This document shows, piece by piece, positions 1 to 12,808 of a stretch of DNA of 64,000 nt. Source of the DNA: Paecilomyces variotii (lineage: Eukaryota); the NCBI GenBank assembly GCA_004022145.1, contig RCNU01000004.1; one strand, written 5' to 3'. How positions within the stretch are numbered: the stretch's first letter is position 1; each line of letters begins with the position of its first letter. The position numbers and the translations under genes are program-made. The notes below the pieces were generated by a model. It searched no databases. It was not told the origin of the DNA and was given only the letters and a program-made list of their open reading frames with translations.

Positions 1-492
1 GCTCATGGACTTCAGCATAGTATTTCCATCGTTCGTCTGATCTTATCAGTATTGGAGCTCGTATGGGCGAGGGTGAGAAACGTACGATGATGGTATTTCC
101 TTTGCCGGATTGAATCTGCATAAAGTTAGCTCAGGAAATAATTTGAAGTCCAGATTCGCGTCTCACCATCTTATCCATTCCTCGTGGTCCAAGCGACTGT
201 GTTCAATTAGCCCCTCACTCAATGATCAGCATTGCGGAGTAGTATATACTGTTCTGATAGCATCGGCGACAGCTGTGACTTGTCAGCACCAGCACAGAGA
301 AAGATGTTTTTGCTTTCAAGGGACTGATACATACCTCTGGCTGCCATGATGTTGGCATTTCGGACAGCCATAGGCTTTTCCTTATCCTGCGGGCGATCAG
401 AATCCACGTTCACGCACAGCTGGCATAAAATCATTTGGACGAACCTTGAAGGCATTATTGCCAGCATTTCCTTGAGCCACTGCTGTAGCCAT
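1..492 (-). CDS. CCT4: T-complex protein 1 subunit delta (CCT/TRiC chaperonin), 5' portion; runs off the window start
   Basis: Manual splicing of short GT-AG-bounded exons from the ATG at 492 gives MATAVAQGNAGNNAFK|DKEKPMAVRNANIMAARA|VADAIRT|SLGPRGMDKM|IQSGKGNTII|TNDGNTMLKSMS, the CCT-delta N-terminus (SLGPRGMDKM and TNDG chaperonin motifs). Confidence 0.93.
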
Positions 493-639
493 CTTTCCCG
501 CAGTAACCTGTAATCACCTAATGACAATCAAAGCAAAGGCGGGGTCTGAGGGGGAGAGCTCGAGTGTCCGGAGGCGGCTCTTTGGAATTTCGCGAACTCG
601 CTCGTTCTCAGGATGCTTGGCACCGCTAGCGCCCGTCAC

Positions 640-675
640 GGAGCTCGACGTACTCACTCGGCAGCCTGAGGAGCT
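640..675 (+). promoter_or_regulatory. Two GGAGCT motifs (candidate Pezizomycotina Rpn4-type proteasome elements) in the CCT4/RPT1 bidirectional promoter
   Basis: GGAGCT at 640-645 and 670-675, plus AGAGCT at 555-560, in the 347-bp gap between the divergent ATGs. From recall, GGAGCT is the motif reported upstream of euascomycete proteasome genes. Confidence 0.5.
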
Positions 676-839
676 ACAGCTTGATCATCAACACATCACT
701 CCATCCCTTCCGCTCCCACCTTTCACGACCCTGTCTTTGGACGGTCCGCTGCCGCTGCTTCTTCCCTCCTGGTAGATATTGTATTCCGTGTCTATCCTAC
801 ATTCTTTTTGACTCGCGTGTAACGCCCGGCGTCGCCACC

Positions 840-2308
840 ATGCCCAGCGCCACGGGTTCCAACTGGGAGAAGTACCAGAAGAACTTTGCGGACGATGAAG
901 AACCAGAGAAGAAAATCACACCTCTTACCGATGAGTGAGTTAATCGCGACCTGAGTCTTGCAGATGACTAACGGCATGCAGTGATATCCAAGTATTGAAG
1001 ACATACGGCGCGGCTCCCTACGCTGCAGCTTTGAAGAAGCTCGAGAAGCAGATCAAAGAGAAGCAAGCGAGTGTAAACGATAAGATCGGAGTCAAGGTAT
1101 TTTACACTGTTCGCTGTTGGAAGTACAAATCTGACGTCTCTAGGAATCCGACACCGGTCTTGCGCCCCCTCACCTCTGGGACGTTGCCGCAGACAGACAA
1201 CGTATGCAAGAAGAACAACCATTGCAGGTTGCCCGCTGCACCAAAATCATCCAAGACGAAAAGGATGAAGATAAGAGCAAATATGTCATCAACGTCAAGC
1301 AGATTGCCAAATTCGTTGTCAACCTCGGTGAACGGGTCAGCCCAACAGATATCGAGGAGGGAATGAGAGTTGGGTGGGCAGATCCCTTCGTTATTACTGG
1401 AAACAGCTGTACTGACGGGTGCTTTTAGTGTCGACCGAAACAAGTACCAGATTCTGCTGCCCTTGCCTCCTAAGATCGATCCTAGCGTAACAATGATGAC
1501 CGTGGAAGACAAGCCGGATGTGACATACGGAGATGTTGGTGGTTCAAAAGAACAGATTGAGAAGCTGCGGGAAGTGGTCGAGATGCCGTTGCTTTCTCCG
1601 GAGAGATTCGTCAACCTGGGTATTGACCCCCCGAAGGGAGCTCTACTCTATGGGCCTCCTGGTACGGGTAAGACGCTGTGCGCCAGAGCCGTTGCCAACA
1701 GAACAGATGCTACATTCATCCGTGTCATTGGTAGTGAGCTGGTGCAGAAGTATGTCGGTGAGGGTGCCAGAATGGTTCGAGAACTTTTCGAAATGGCACG
1801 GACAAAGAAGGCCTGCATTATTTTCTTCGACGAGATTGATGCCATTGGAGGAGCACGATTTGACGATGGAGCGGGTGGTGATAATGAGGTGCAGCGTACC
1901 ATGTTGGAGCTTATTACCCAGCTGGATGGGTTCGACTCGCGTGGTAACATCAAGGTGATGTTTGCGACCAACCGACCGTCAACCCTGGATCCAGCCCTGA
2001 TGCGTCCCGGACGAATTGACCGCAAGATCGAGTTCTCTCTCCCCGATATGGAAGGAAGGGCGAACATCCTACGGATTCACGCCAAGAGCATGTCAGTGGA
2101 GCGGGATATTCGATGGGAACTCATCTCGCGGCTCTGCCCCAACTCCACCGGAGCTGAGCTGCGCAGTGTAGCGACGGAGGCCGGTATGTTTGCGATCCGC
2201 GCGCGGCGGAAGGTCGCAACAGAGAAGGACTTCTTGGCCGCTGTGGACAAGGTGATCAAGGGCAACCTGAAGTTCAACTCGACGGCGACGTACATGCAGT
2301 ACAACTAG
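840..2308 (+). CDS. RPT1: 26S proteasome regulatory AAA-ATPase subunit 7 (Rpt1/Cim5)
   Basis: Exons about 840-934, 982-1096, 1144-1373, 1429-2308. Walker A GPPGTGKT, Walker [35 protein letters not shown]-terminus [11 protein letters not shown]. Confidence 0.97.
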
Positions 2309-3130
2309 ACCATGTCTCTTGTGTTTTCCTGTTTGCATCTTCGGTTGGTTGGCGTGGGCTATGCGGGATGTACGACGATATAATAGCGTATGCTTCCGTC
2401 TGTGAATGAACCTTTGCGCTCCTCCTGTTTGCGTCTGTGCTAGACCACGTAGAATCATCTCTGTCTGAAGCCGCCCTTCTGAATGTCTACTGTCAGGTAA
2501 ATATTGATTACTTGGTAATCAATTAGCCGATATGCTACATATGTAGGAATGCTTTTCCCGGTACATCAGGTGATCTCAACTACATGACAACCCATGTGGA
2601 GAAGAGGATCAATATAGCTGATCAACCTCCAGCTAGTCAACATATGCCCGTAGCCAGACCCTTTTAGAAATCTATCTGATCGTCCGGAGGCCCATCGGAC
2701 TATTCTTCCCTCCTGGTCGCCCTGACTGCACGCATTTACCGTCTATCCGCGCTGCGCTTCCTGTCTTTTCCGGCAAAGCGAACAACCTGCACGTGCCCAG
2801 GCCCTCGCAGCCAACCAGGAGCCCCCGGCTGTCCGGGAGGATTACCTCTGCAGCCACGCCGATTGGTCCGCTCGGCGTCCGGACGAGCTCGTTCGGCAAC
2901 AGATGGAAGGCTCGGGTCGGCTTATGTAAGGCCTCTGCCGGCTGTCGTTCGCTCTTCGTTCTCTCCAGACCCAGAGAGCGAGAAGAAAGTCCAGCTTCCC
3001 AGCGAGAACGCCAACCCTGCGCTCTCAATTCCTGTCCTCTCCTCTCCTCTCTTATCCCACGCTATCTCGCGTCCTTTTCCTTCGATTGTGTTTCGCTCTG
3101 GTCTCGAGCAGCTGCTCCTAACCACACATC

Positions 3131-5408
<2,278 letters not shown>

Positions 5409-6702
5409 ACGAAGCGCACACGGGATATATTAAGTGTGCGTTGTTGGTGGGGCATTGGTGTGGGCCACGAATGTCTTTCTGCCTTCCGGGGAACTGGGGG
5501 TTGGCGTTGTGACATCGGTCAGTAATATGTTATTCTCGCCGAAGGATGTGGTACCGCCGTCTGTATTACAATGAGTCCAGCAGTGCCTGGCTCACCCAGC
5601 GAAGCTGCAACGGAAACGGGGAAAGGAAAGAGGGGACAAAAAACTCCGCATCTCCAATTTCTGGGCGTGTCATATATAACCACATGTAGCTTTGTATTGG
5701 GTTCTATGTACTCACGTTAGCTGTCATCTCTTTACTGTTAGTTTACCTTATACAGCGGGTTTTCCTTTTTGTTTGACTGTTGTCCCCATGCCGATATTTT
5801 GGGTAATTTAGGTTCGCGAGTTCATGAGTGATTATCTAGGAGCATACTGCCCTGTACCGTCCTCATCTACTCAGTAGTTCGAGCAACACTGGACTATGGA
5901 AGTGATCGATGCCAACTTACATGGTCTCCCGCTTTCATCTCCGGTGGCGCGTGTAACATCATATGCCATGGTGGTAGCAGTACCTCCATTGCTCTTTGTA
6001 TACGCCCAAAGGGATGTACCTGAGACACATTCGCAAAAGGAAATTGCGGCGTGCTGGCTTTCTTTTATTATGTCTGGACCAGCAGCCTAACTCTGCAGGG
6101 AGTCATCGAGTAAGCGCACATGACGGGAAACCATCCCAGACCTGGTCGGAGACAGGACGGCATAGGCGCCATTGGGGACTGCTGCTCGAATGATATCGGG
6201 TCTCTATTGCGGCTATAATTTGTCATGGAGTACTTTAGATATACGAACTGTGCTACACCTCGTCTAAATCACTTGGTAGTACTTTGGGCGCTGATGACAA
6301 CGGGCTTGCTGCAGCATAGCCACTCTGCACCCTTCCTTCCAGACAGGGATTGTTCATATCGCAAATACGATATAGTGGGGCCATTTTTTTGTTCGATCTT
6401 AAGATAATTATCACGGCTCGTTGCACGATGACACATGTGGTTACTTTGTGGGTAGTTGCTGATGACCCTGCAGTTGCACATGGTGCGGCTGCATAATTGC
6501 TCACTTACCCTCAGACCGAACAATTCAGCCTCATGCCAGATCCCCAGACAGAACATTTCTGCCTTTCGAAGGGACATTCACATCCGCAGATGCTCATGGC
6601 TTGACTTCTGAGTTGAATCAGTGAAGACTTGGGATAACTTCCAGTATAACTGGTCCATATATTTGCCTTTCCTTTCTTTCTTCCTTTCTTTCTTTACCCA
6701 GG

Positions 6703-8138
6703 ATGAAGATATATTTCCCCCGTCAGGCAAACACCTGTCAAGCTCCATTGCAGTTTTACAGATGTTCTAAAGGGGACTTTGTAGGATGCTGCACTGCTGA
6801 CCCTTGCGATACTGGCGTTTGTCCCGATGGCGATGGTCCAAAAACAACAGCAGATACGACAACGGCAGCGGCGGCGACCTCATTGCCATCAACGGCCACA
6901 AGTACAGAAGAAACTACAACATATCCCGTTTCTATCCAGATCCCACAGTCGAACACGGAAACTTCCAGTATCGCCACTACTTCTTCAGGTACTCATTCAG
7001 ATTCGATAGTCCAGACGACTCAACCGATCACTTCGCAGCACACATCTACGACTTCGACTACATCAGCTTCCAGAGCTATAGGAACGTCTTCTGGTACAAA
7101 TGCTGCTTTTGCTTCTGCTACGAGCAACTCAAGTTCTGGTTCTCATTCGGGAAGCAATGGTGGGTTATTGGGAGGTATGTTGGGAGGAGCAATAGGAGGG
7201 ATCGTCTTGTTAGGGTTGATACTAGCCTTTGTTTCATGGAGACGAAGAAAACGCGGACGACAATCTTCAAGAACAGGATGGTGTCTCTGTGGCAGAAATG
7301 ATAAAACTCACAGAGGACCTACTGATGCCAGTGCTGCAGAAGGGTTCCTCTGCGCTCGTGGAAGAAGACATTCGGTGGAAGAACGTCTTGGTAAGAAAAT
7401 GTGCTCTCATCCTTCAAAAGCTCCAGTATTTCTTACACTTATGTAGGCAAAGGCGTCAAGAAGGATCACTCCAGACAACAGTCTGAATCTTCGACAGTCC
7501 CTTCCGGGACATCGGACTATGAAAAGAAAGCGTCACCTAGCCTGGGTTCGCCTGGGAAAGCCGGTGGTGGAAGATTAATGACAACTCTTGAGGAAGACCC
7601 ATGTCCTTTACTTGCAAGCAACCCCGTCATTCCGACAGCTGAATTACCAGCCTCGATTCCTTCAAGGCCCGACACCACCCCCGAACTGGCAGACACTGGA
7701 AGAAGCCCGGGCCGTTCGGAGTTACCACCTCATGCTGATCGCGAATTAATAAATATACCGATCGAGGCAAGAGCGAACGCTAGGTCTTGGAGGGTGAACA
7801 GGAACCATGGTCCTGTAACCAGCAACCAGGCACATATAAAAACTACTCGCGATGGTGCCATCATGCGACCCAACATGAATCATGAATCAGAAGAGGATAC
7901 ACCATCCAGCTATCTGCGGGAAAGGGGGCACATTATGAGTTTCATGCAGTATGGCAATTACAATGGCACGCCTCCGAACTCCGAAGCGGGTTCGCAGAGA
8001 CCGACTCCTATTCCTCAAATTGAAATAAGCCCACCTATGCAGGATGACGCAGAGGGACGCGAGTCCGGGACAATGCCATCCTCATCGTCACACCGTGTCG
8101 GGCTTGGGCTAAGCGGCATATATATGCGTCAAACCTGA
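6703..8138 (+). CDS. Uncharacterised single-pass membrane protein: Cys-rich N-terminal module, Ser/Thr-rich stalk, TM helix, disordered cytoplasmic tail
   Basis: CQAPLQFYRCSKGDFVGCCTADPCDTGVCP, S/T-rich region, GGAIGGIVLLGLILAFVSW followed by RRRKR. Intron 7391-7446 (GTAAGA...TAG) joins ORFs 6703 and 7401 in frame. Confidence 0.75.
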
Positions 8139-8888
8139 ATCTAGATTTCTAATCGGACAATCGATGGAGCTTAATATTACGGGTCACGACTACTTCTCGC
8201 ATATTTTAGTGATGATAACCCATTCAACGACGGCTTTTCTCTGTTAGCGGCATATAGGCTTATTTATTATTCATACCGTACATACCCGGGTTGGCATGTT
8301 CAATAAGGTGACTTGACGTTCAGAGATCAATCCACGAAATGTCTTAGGCCACGCAGTTTTGCTAGTCAGTATATAAATTTGAATCTGCAGGCTGCGTGAT
8401 CCCATTGTAACAGTTATTCCATAAGATATATGTAACCAGGAGTTAGTTACCTGTGCCAGAATGCTACAACCTCCGGATCCGGCCACTCCGGGTAAGCAGA
8501 AAGAGTACAGAGATATACAACAACGACTCTGAAATATTGATGGACGTGGATGTGGGTCCATATATGCTCCGTACATATACACCAGCAACGGAGTGTCCCA
8601 AACATACCAAATCAACTTTATATCTGCAGCTTCCACTGCATGCAGCCCACTGTCACCTACAATATGCGGGGAAGTGATCGTAGATCGGTTGTTGTAAGTA
8701 GTGGGGCGAGGCCCCATATTCTGTTTCCCCGGCATAGCAGTATTCTTACCACGCCTCTTGTTAAAGCTTTCCCAAATTTGAAACACATTAAAATGATTGA
8801 AATAAATGACACTTTTGATCGATAGATATTCTACATTTTTATTCCCCGAGGTTCACGTGGAGGAGGAATACTCGCCACTTTCGGAAAT

Positions 8889-10145
8889 ATGGCAGAGAAC
8901 GGTACCATTGTTACAGAAGCACTCGTCTGCTCCAGCCTTGGTGGAGAGTTCGAGATTAAGAGACTCACGGTAGACGACATACGAGAAGATGAGTTGTTGG
9001 TTCGCATCGTTGCGTCTGGTATTTGCCATACGGATTTCTCTTGCGCGGATGTCCTGTCACCTCTACTACATAACTATCATGTTCCTCTATCTTGAAGGTC
9101 TATCCGCTAACTGTATTCTACAGGGAACCACACCAGTGGAATTCCCCTTCGTGGGTGGTCATGAAGGTGCTGGAGTTGTAGAACGTATCGGGGCCCATGT
9201 CAACCATGTGGAAGTGGGAGATCATGTCCTGCTGAGTTTCAGTTCATGCGGAAAATGCGCCCCGTGCAGACGAAACATTCGTGCCTATTGTCGGGATGTG
9301 TTTCGAATGAACTTTTCAGGCTCGAGAGATGATGGCTCAAAGGCGTTTACTATGGAGGATGGCTCTCCTGTGTCGTCTCATTTCTTCGGCCAGTCAAGCT
9401 TTGCTCGCAGGACAGTTGTAAGAGCGGTGTCAGCTATCAAGATTGAGAAATCCTTGCCGCTGGATATTTTATGTTCCATGGGCTGTGGTATGCAAACTGG
9501 AGCGGGAACAGTTCTGAACGTCTTGCGTCCAGCAATGGGGCAAACGGTGGTTATCTTCGGTGCCGGCGCCGTAGGGCTCGCTGCTGTGATGGCAGCGAAG
9601 CTTACTCCGGCGAGTATGGTGATTGTTGTCGATTTAGTAGCTTCTAAGCTCATCACAGCTCGCGAATTGGGTGCAACGCACATTATCAATGCCAATGAGA
9701 CTGACACCCTCGCTCAGATAGGTTCTCTCACCGATGGATTTGGAGTCGATCGCGCCATGGACACCACAGGGAACATTCATGTTATTAAGACAATGATAGA
9801 TTGTGCCGCTCCTGGTGGACTCGTCGCTACTGTTGGTGCCCCGAGAAAGGGTCGGATTATCGAGATCGAACCTGCAACATGGTTGGCAAGGGGAATCAGC
9901 TATGTGGGAGTCCACCAGGGCTCTTCAGACCCGCAGAAGGTATACATTTCTGGTCTCGAACTCTAGAAGTATGGCTCATCTAGGGATATTCACAGTTCGT
10001 TCTATATCTCGTTCAGCTCTGGAAGGACGGCCGATTCCCTGTTGACAGACTGGTGAATACCTTCTCCTATGGAGAGATGCGGGAAGCAACCGACGCTTTA
10101 CGAAAGGGAATATGCATCAAAGCAGTACTTCTGTGGGATGAATAG
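8889..10145 (+). CDS. Zinc-dependent medium-chain alcohol dehydrogenase (aryl/benzyl-alcohol dehydrogenase-like)
   Basis: GICHTD, GHEGAGVV, structural Zn site CGKCAPC...YC, FFGQSSFA, GCGMQTGAG, Rossmann GAGAVG. Introns 9051-9123 and about 9940-9994; ends IKAVLLWDE*. Confidence 0.88.
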
Positions 10146-10272
10146 TGAATATGATGAAGCCACCATGGCAGGAGTCCACCTCCCTTCACTTGAAGCCTTC
10201 ACTTGCAGCTCATTGCTTTCCACCCCTCAGCACTATAAGTCATCACATTATCCTCATTTCCTTTCATCTATT

Positions 10273-10832
10273 TTTCTATATCTGGACAGCATCTTATCAT
10301 CCTGAAGCAGCTCCCTCTATCTCTAATACTCTGTGTTGGCATCCTTTTGTTGTTTTGCTTGGCTTATATTCTATATTATTATACTACTGCCTGGTTAGCT
10401 TTAAAAATATTTTTTACCTCACTTATTTATCTAGACCTGCAAATATGGCTTCACGCTAGACTTCCTAGTATCATTATTATTAGTCCTAGCTCTAATAGAT
10501 AAACGCCCGCTAAGTTAATTTAGTGGTCTATAATCCCTTAGATAGGCAATCTTTCTATATCTGGACAGTATCTTATGATCCTGAAGCAGCTCCTCTCTAT
10601 CTCTGATATTTTATATTGGTATCCTTTTATTATTTTATTTGGCTTATATTTTATATTATTATACTATTATCTGGTTAGCTTTAAAAATATTTTTTACCTC
10701 ACTTATTTATCTAGACCTGCAAATATAGCTGCACCGCCAGACTTCCCAGTATCACTATTATTGGTCCTAGCTCTAATAGATGAACGCCTGCAAAGTCGAT
10801 TCAGTGGTCTACAATCCCTCAGACAGGCAATC
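10273..10832. repeat. Tandem direct duplication, two ~280-bp copies, with RIP-type transitions
   Basis: tttctatatctggacag...aggcaatc occurs at about 10273-10551 and 10553-10832. Differences are mostly C/T and G/A transitions, many CpA>TpA or TpG>TpA. Confidence 0.92.
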
Positions 10833-11603
10833 CTAGAAAGGGAGAATTTCCTCAGACATGGAGGTGAAGACCAGTATCTTTCTTTTAGCAACGTGAAGCC
10901 ATCGGACTTCGAAACGATTGAATCCCGCCGTTTCCACCTTGGGCGGGGAATTGCATTCACCTACTTTGGGGACATTGAGACGTTGATAATCAAAGTCCCC
11001 ACTAAGGCGCACGAAAAAGCTCACGCTTCAATCGGGCATGAGACTTACTATTGTTTGCGGTCCATGGGCATCGGTGAGTACGAGTTCTGGCCGATAAACG
11101 CTGCAAGATCCAGGGGTAGTAATAGCTCCTCGAAAGAAGGCGACTCGGCCTATCAAAACCAAGTACTTCGCCCTCACGACTATGACTGGCCGAACTTCGT
11201 CATTGAGGCGGGGCACTCTGAGAACATTCCAAATCTCCACATGGATGCCAGATGGTGGATAGAGAATTCGGGTGGACAAGTCCTCATGGTCATCTTGATA
11301 TGGATAAGCCCACCTACCAAGACAGTGCTCATCGAAAAATGGATCCCGAGTCTACTCAATACCGATGTCAGGCGCAGTAGCCGTATTGCTGCATCATCAT
11401 CATCATCAGGCGCTACCGCCGTCAAGATCGCTGAAATCTCGATCAACCAGGCAGGGGCAACGTCCGTAATCACCGGTGCTCCTTTAGTCCTTGAGTTCGA
11501 CAGGCTAGTGGGCAGGCTGCCACAGAATTACAACGAGAGAGATGTGGTTTATTCCCAGAGTGAGCTTGACCAATGGGCAAGGGGTCTGTGGATTGGGTTG
11601 TGA
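10575..11603 (+). CDS. Fungal PD-(D/E)xK (restriction-endonuclease/Uma2-like fold) family protein; 5' end altered by the duplication, possibly a pseudogene
   Basis: Motifs LIIKVPTKAHEKAH, KEGDSAY, WPNFVIEAGHSE, DARWWIENSGGQV resemble fungal REase-like accessory proteins. The apparent original ATG reads ATA at 10725. Confidence 0.55.
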   Translation: MILKQLLSISDILYWYPFIILFGLYFILLYYYLVSFKNIFYLTYLSRPANIAAPPDFPVSLLLVLALIDERLQSRFSGLQSLRQAILERENFLRHGGEDQYLSFSNVKPSDFETIESRRFHLGRGIAFTYFGDIETLIIKVPTKAHEKAHASIGHETYYCLRSMGIGEYEFWPINAARSRGSNSSSKEGDSAYQNQVLRPHDYDWPNFVIEAGHSENIPNLHMDARWWIENSGGQVLMVILIWISPPTKTVLIEKWIPSLLNTDVRRSSRIAASSSSSGATAVKIAEISINQAGATSVITGAPLVLEFDRLVGRLPQNYNERDVVYSQSELDQWARGLWIGL

Positions 11604-11874
11604 TTACTCTATTTGTGTATAATAATTGTGTTCATGGACGTTGCATTTTGCTTTCTGTGGGTTGTTGCTTATTCCTTCCGGCAGATTAGTTGTCTTGAAA
11701 ATTTATTTGGGACCAGTAGTACCCCTTCAGCCGATCAATCTTATCATACTCAAGAGTAAATATACTAAGTAGTATGTAGAAGCTTAAGAAAAGCGGATGG
11801 CATATAGAGCTAAGACTTCTGTGGGTCTGAACGTCAAGAGAGCCTTGTACTTCCTGCCAATTATCAAAACTGAG

Positions 11875-12001
11875 TAAATGAAATGAAATGAAGTGAAATG
11901 AATGCCGATTTTAAGTTAGTTAACTAACTAGTTAACTAACTAACTAAGTACTGCTGTGCTGACTAAGATCAATCTAAAAGGAAGTAACTAGTTAGTTAGT
12001 T
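11875..12001. repeat. Low-complexity (AAATG)n and (TAAC/GTTA)n tract including a perfect 16-bp palindrome
   Basis: aaatgaaatgaaatg; agttagttaactaact at 11914-11929 is its own reverse complement; taactagttagttagtt at 11985-12001. Confidence 0.7.
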
Positions 12002-12764
12002 ATGACCTCATCGTTTCCATATCATCAATTCTTTCCTTTTCTTCAAAGGAGGTTTTGCCTGTATTGGATTCGAGTAGAAAAGAAGAATATGAGGAACTCC
12101 ATTCTGGAATAATCTATTTTATTAGGAACATTAACAAATAACATGGAGAAATTGCTTCTATGGTAAACACCATACGGCAGGGTAGTTCATTCCGGATAAA
12201 TAGGAAAGCGAGAAAAAGTCCCCGAACAAACGCAGCTCACGAACCGGACAAAATACACTCTGTTTGTATCAATTAATAATCGATCATGTCAATTATTCAT
12301 CCCTTGCCCCTCTAAATCATCGATGGAGTAGGGTAGGGCAGTTTTACTCTCGTATGATATGAAAAGTGGAGATACTGCTCGCGTTAGAGTGAAGCTTGGC
12401 ATGTACATAGTTAACCCCAACCACCGACGGTAGAGTAGAGCGATGAACTCACAGGTCCGTAAGAGTAGGTAGGTAGGTAGTTAGTTAGTTAGTGAATCCT
12501 GGCTCCTTCTGTGCCGGATGGCTCGGGATAGGCCTGGCTCACTGTTCGAGTAAGTCTGAATGCTTGCTGAGTGGGGTTTCTTTTCTCTGGGTTTATGGTC
12601 TTATGACGACGATGGATGGTGAACTATTATAAAAGCTTCCATGCCCACCCGCTGCTATGCCTCTGTAGGTAATAATAGCTATCTAGTAGTACTCATTATC
12701 GTGCGAGAAAGAAAAACAATACACTCGCAATTAATATCGACATCTATTGAAAAATCGTACCTTG

Positions 12765-12797
12765 AAGAAGAAAAAGAAGAAGAAGAAGAAGAAGAAC
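12765..12797 (+). repeat. (GAA)n microsatellite just upstream of the DJ-1/PfpI start codon
   Basis: gaagaagaaaaagaagaagaagaagaagaagaa lies directly 5' of the ATG at 12809. Confidence 0.8.
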
Positions 12798-12808
12798 AAT
12801 CGAACAAG

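Noticed and set aside
2845..2870. CCAAT upstream of SDH1 as a bipartite CBC:HapX site
   Set aside because: CCAAT is present on the minus strand, but the RWT submotif expected 12 nt downstream is not (AGA).
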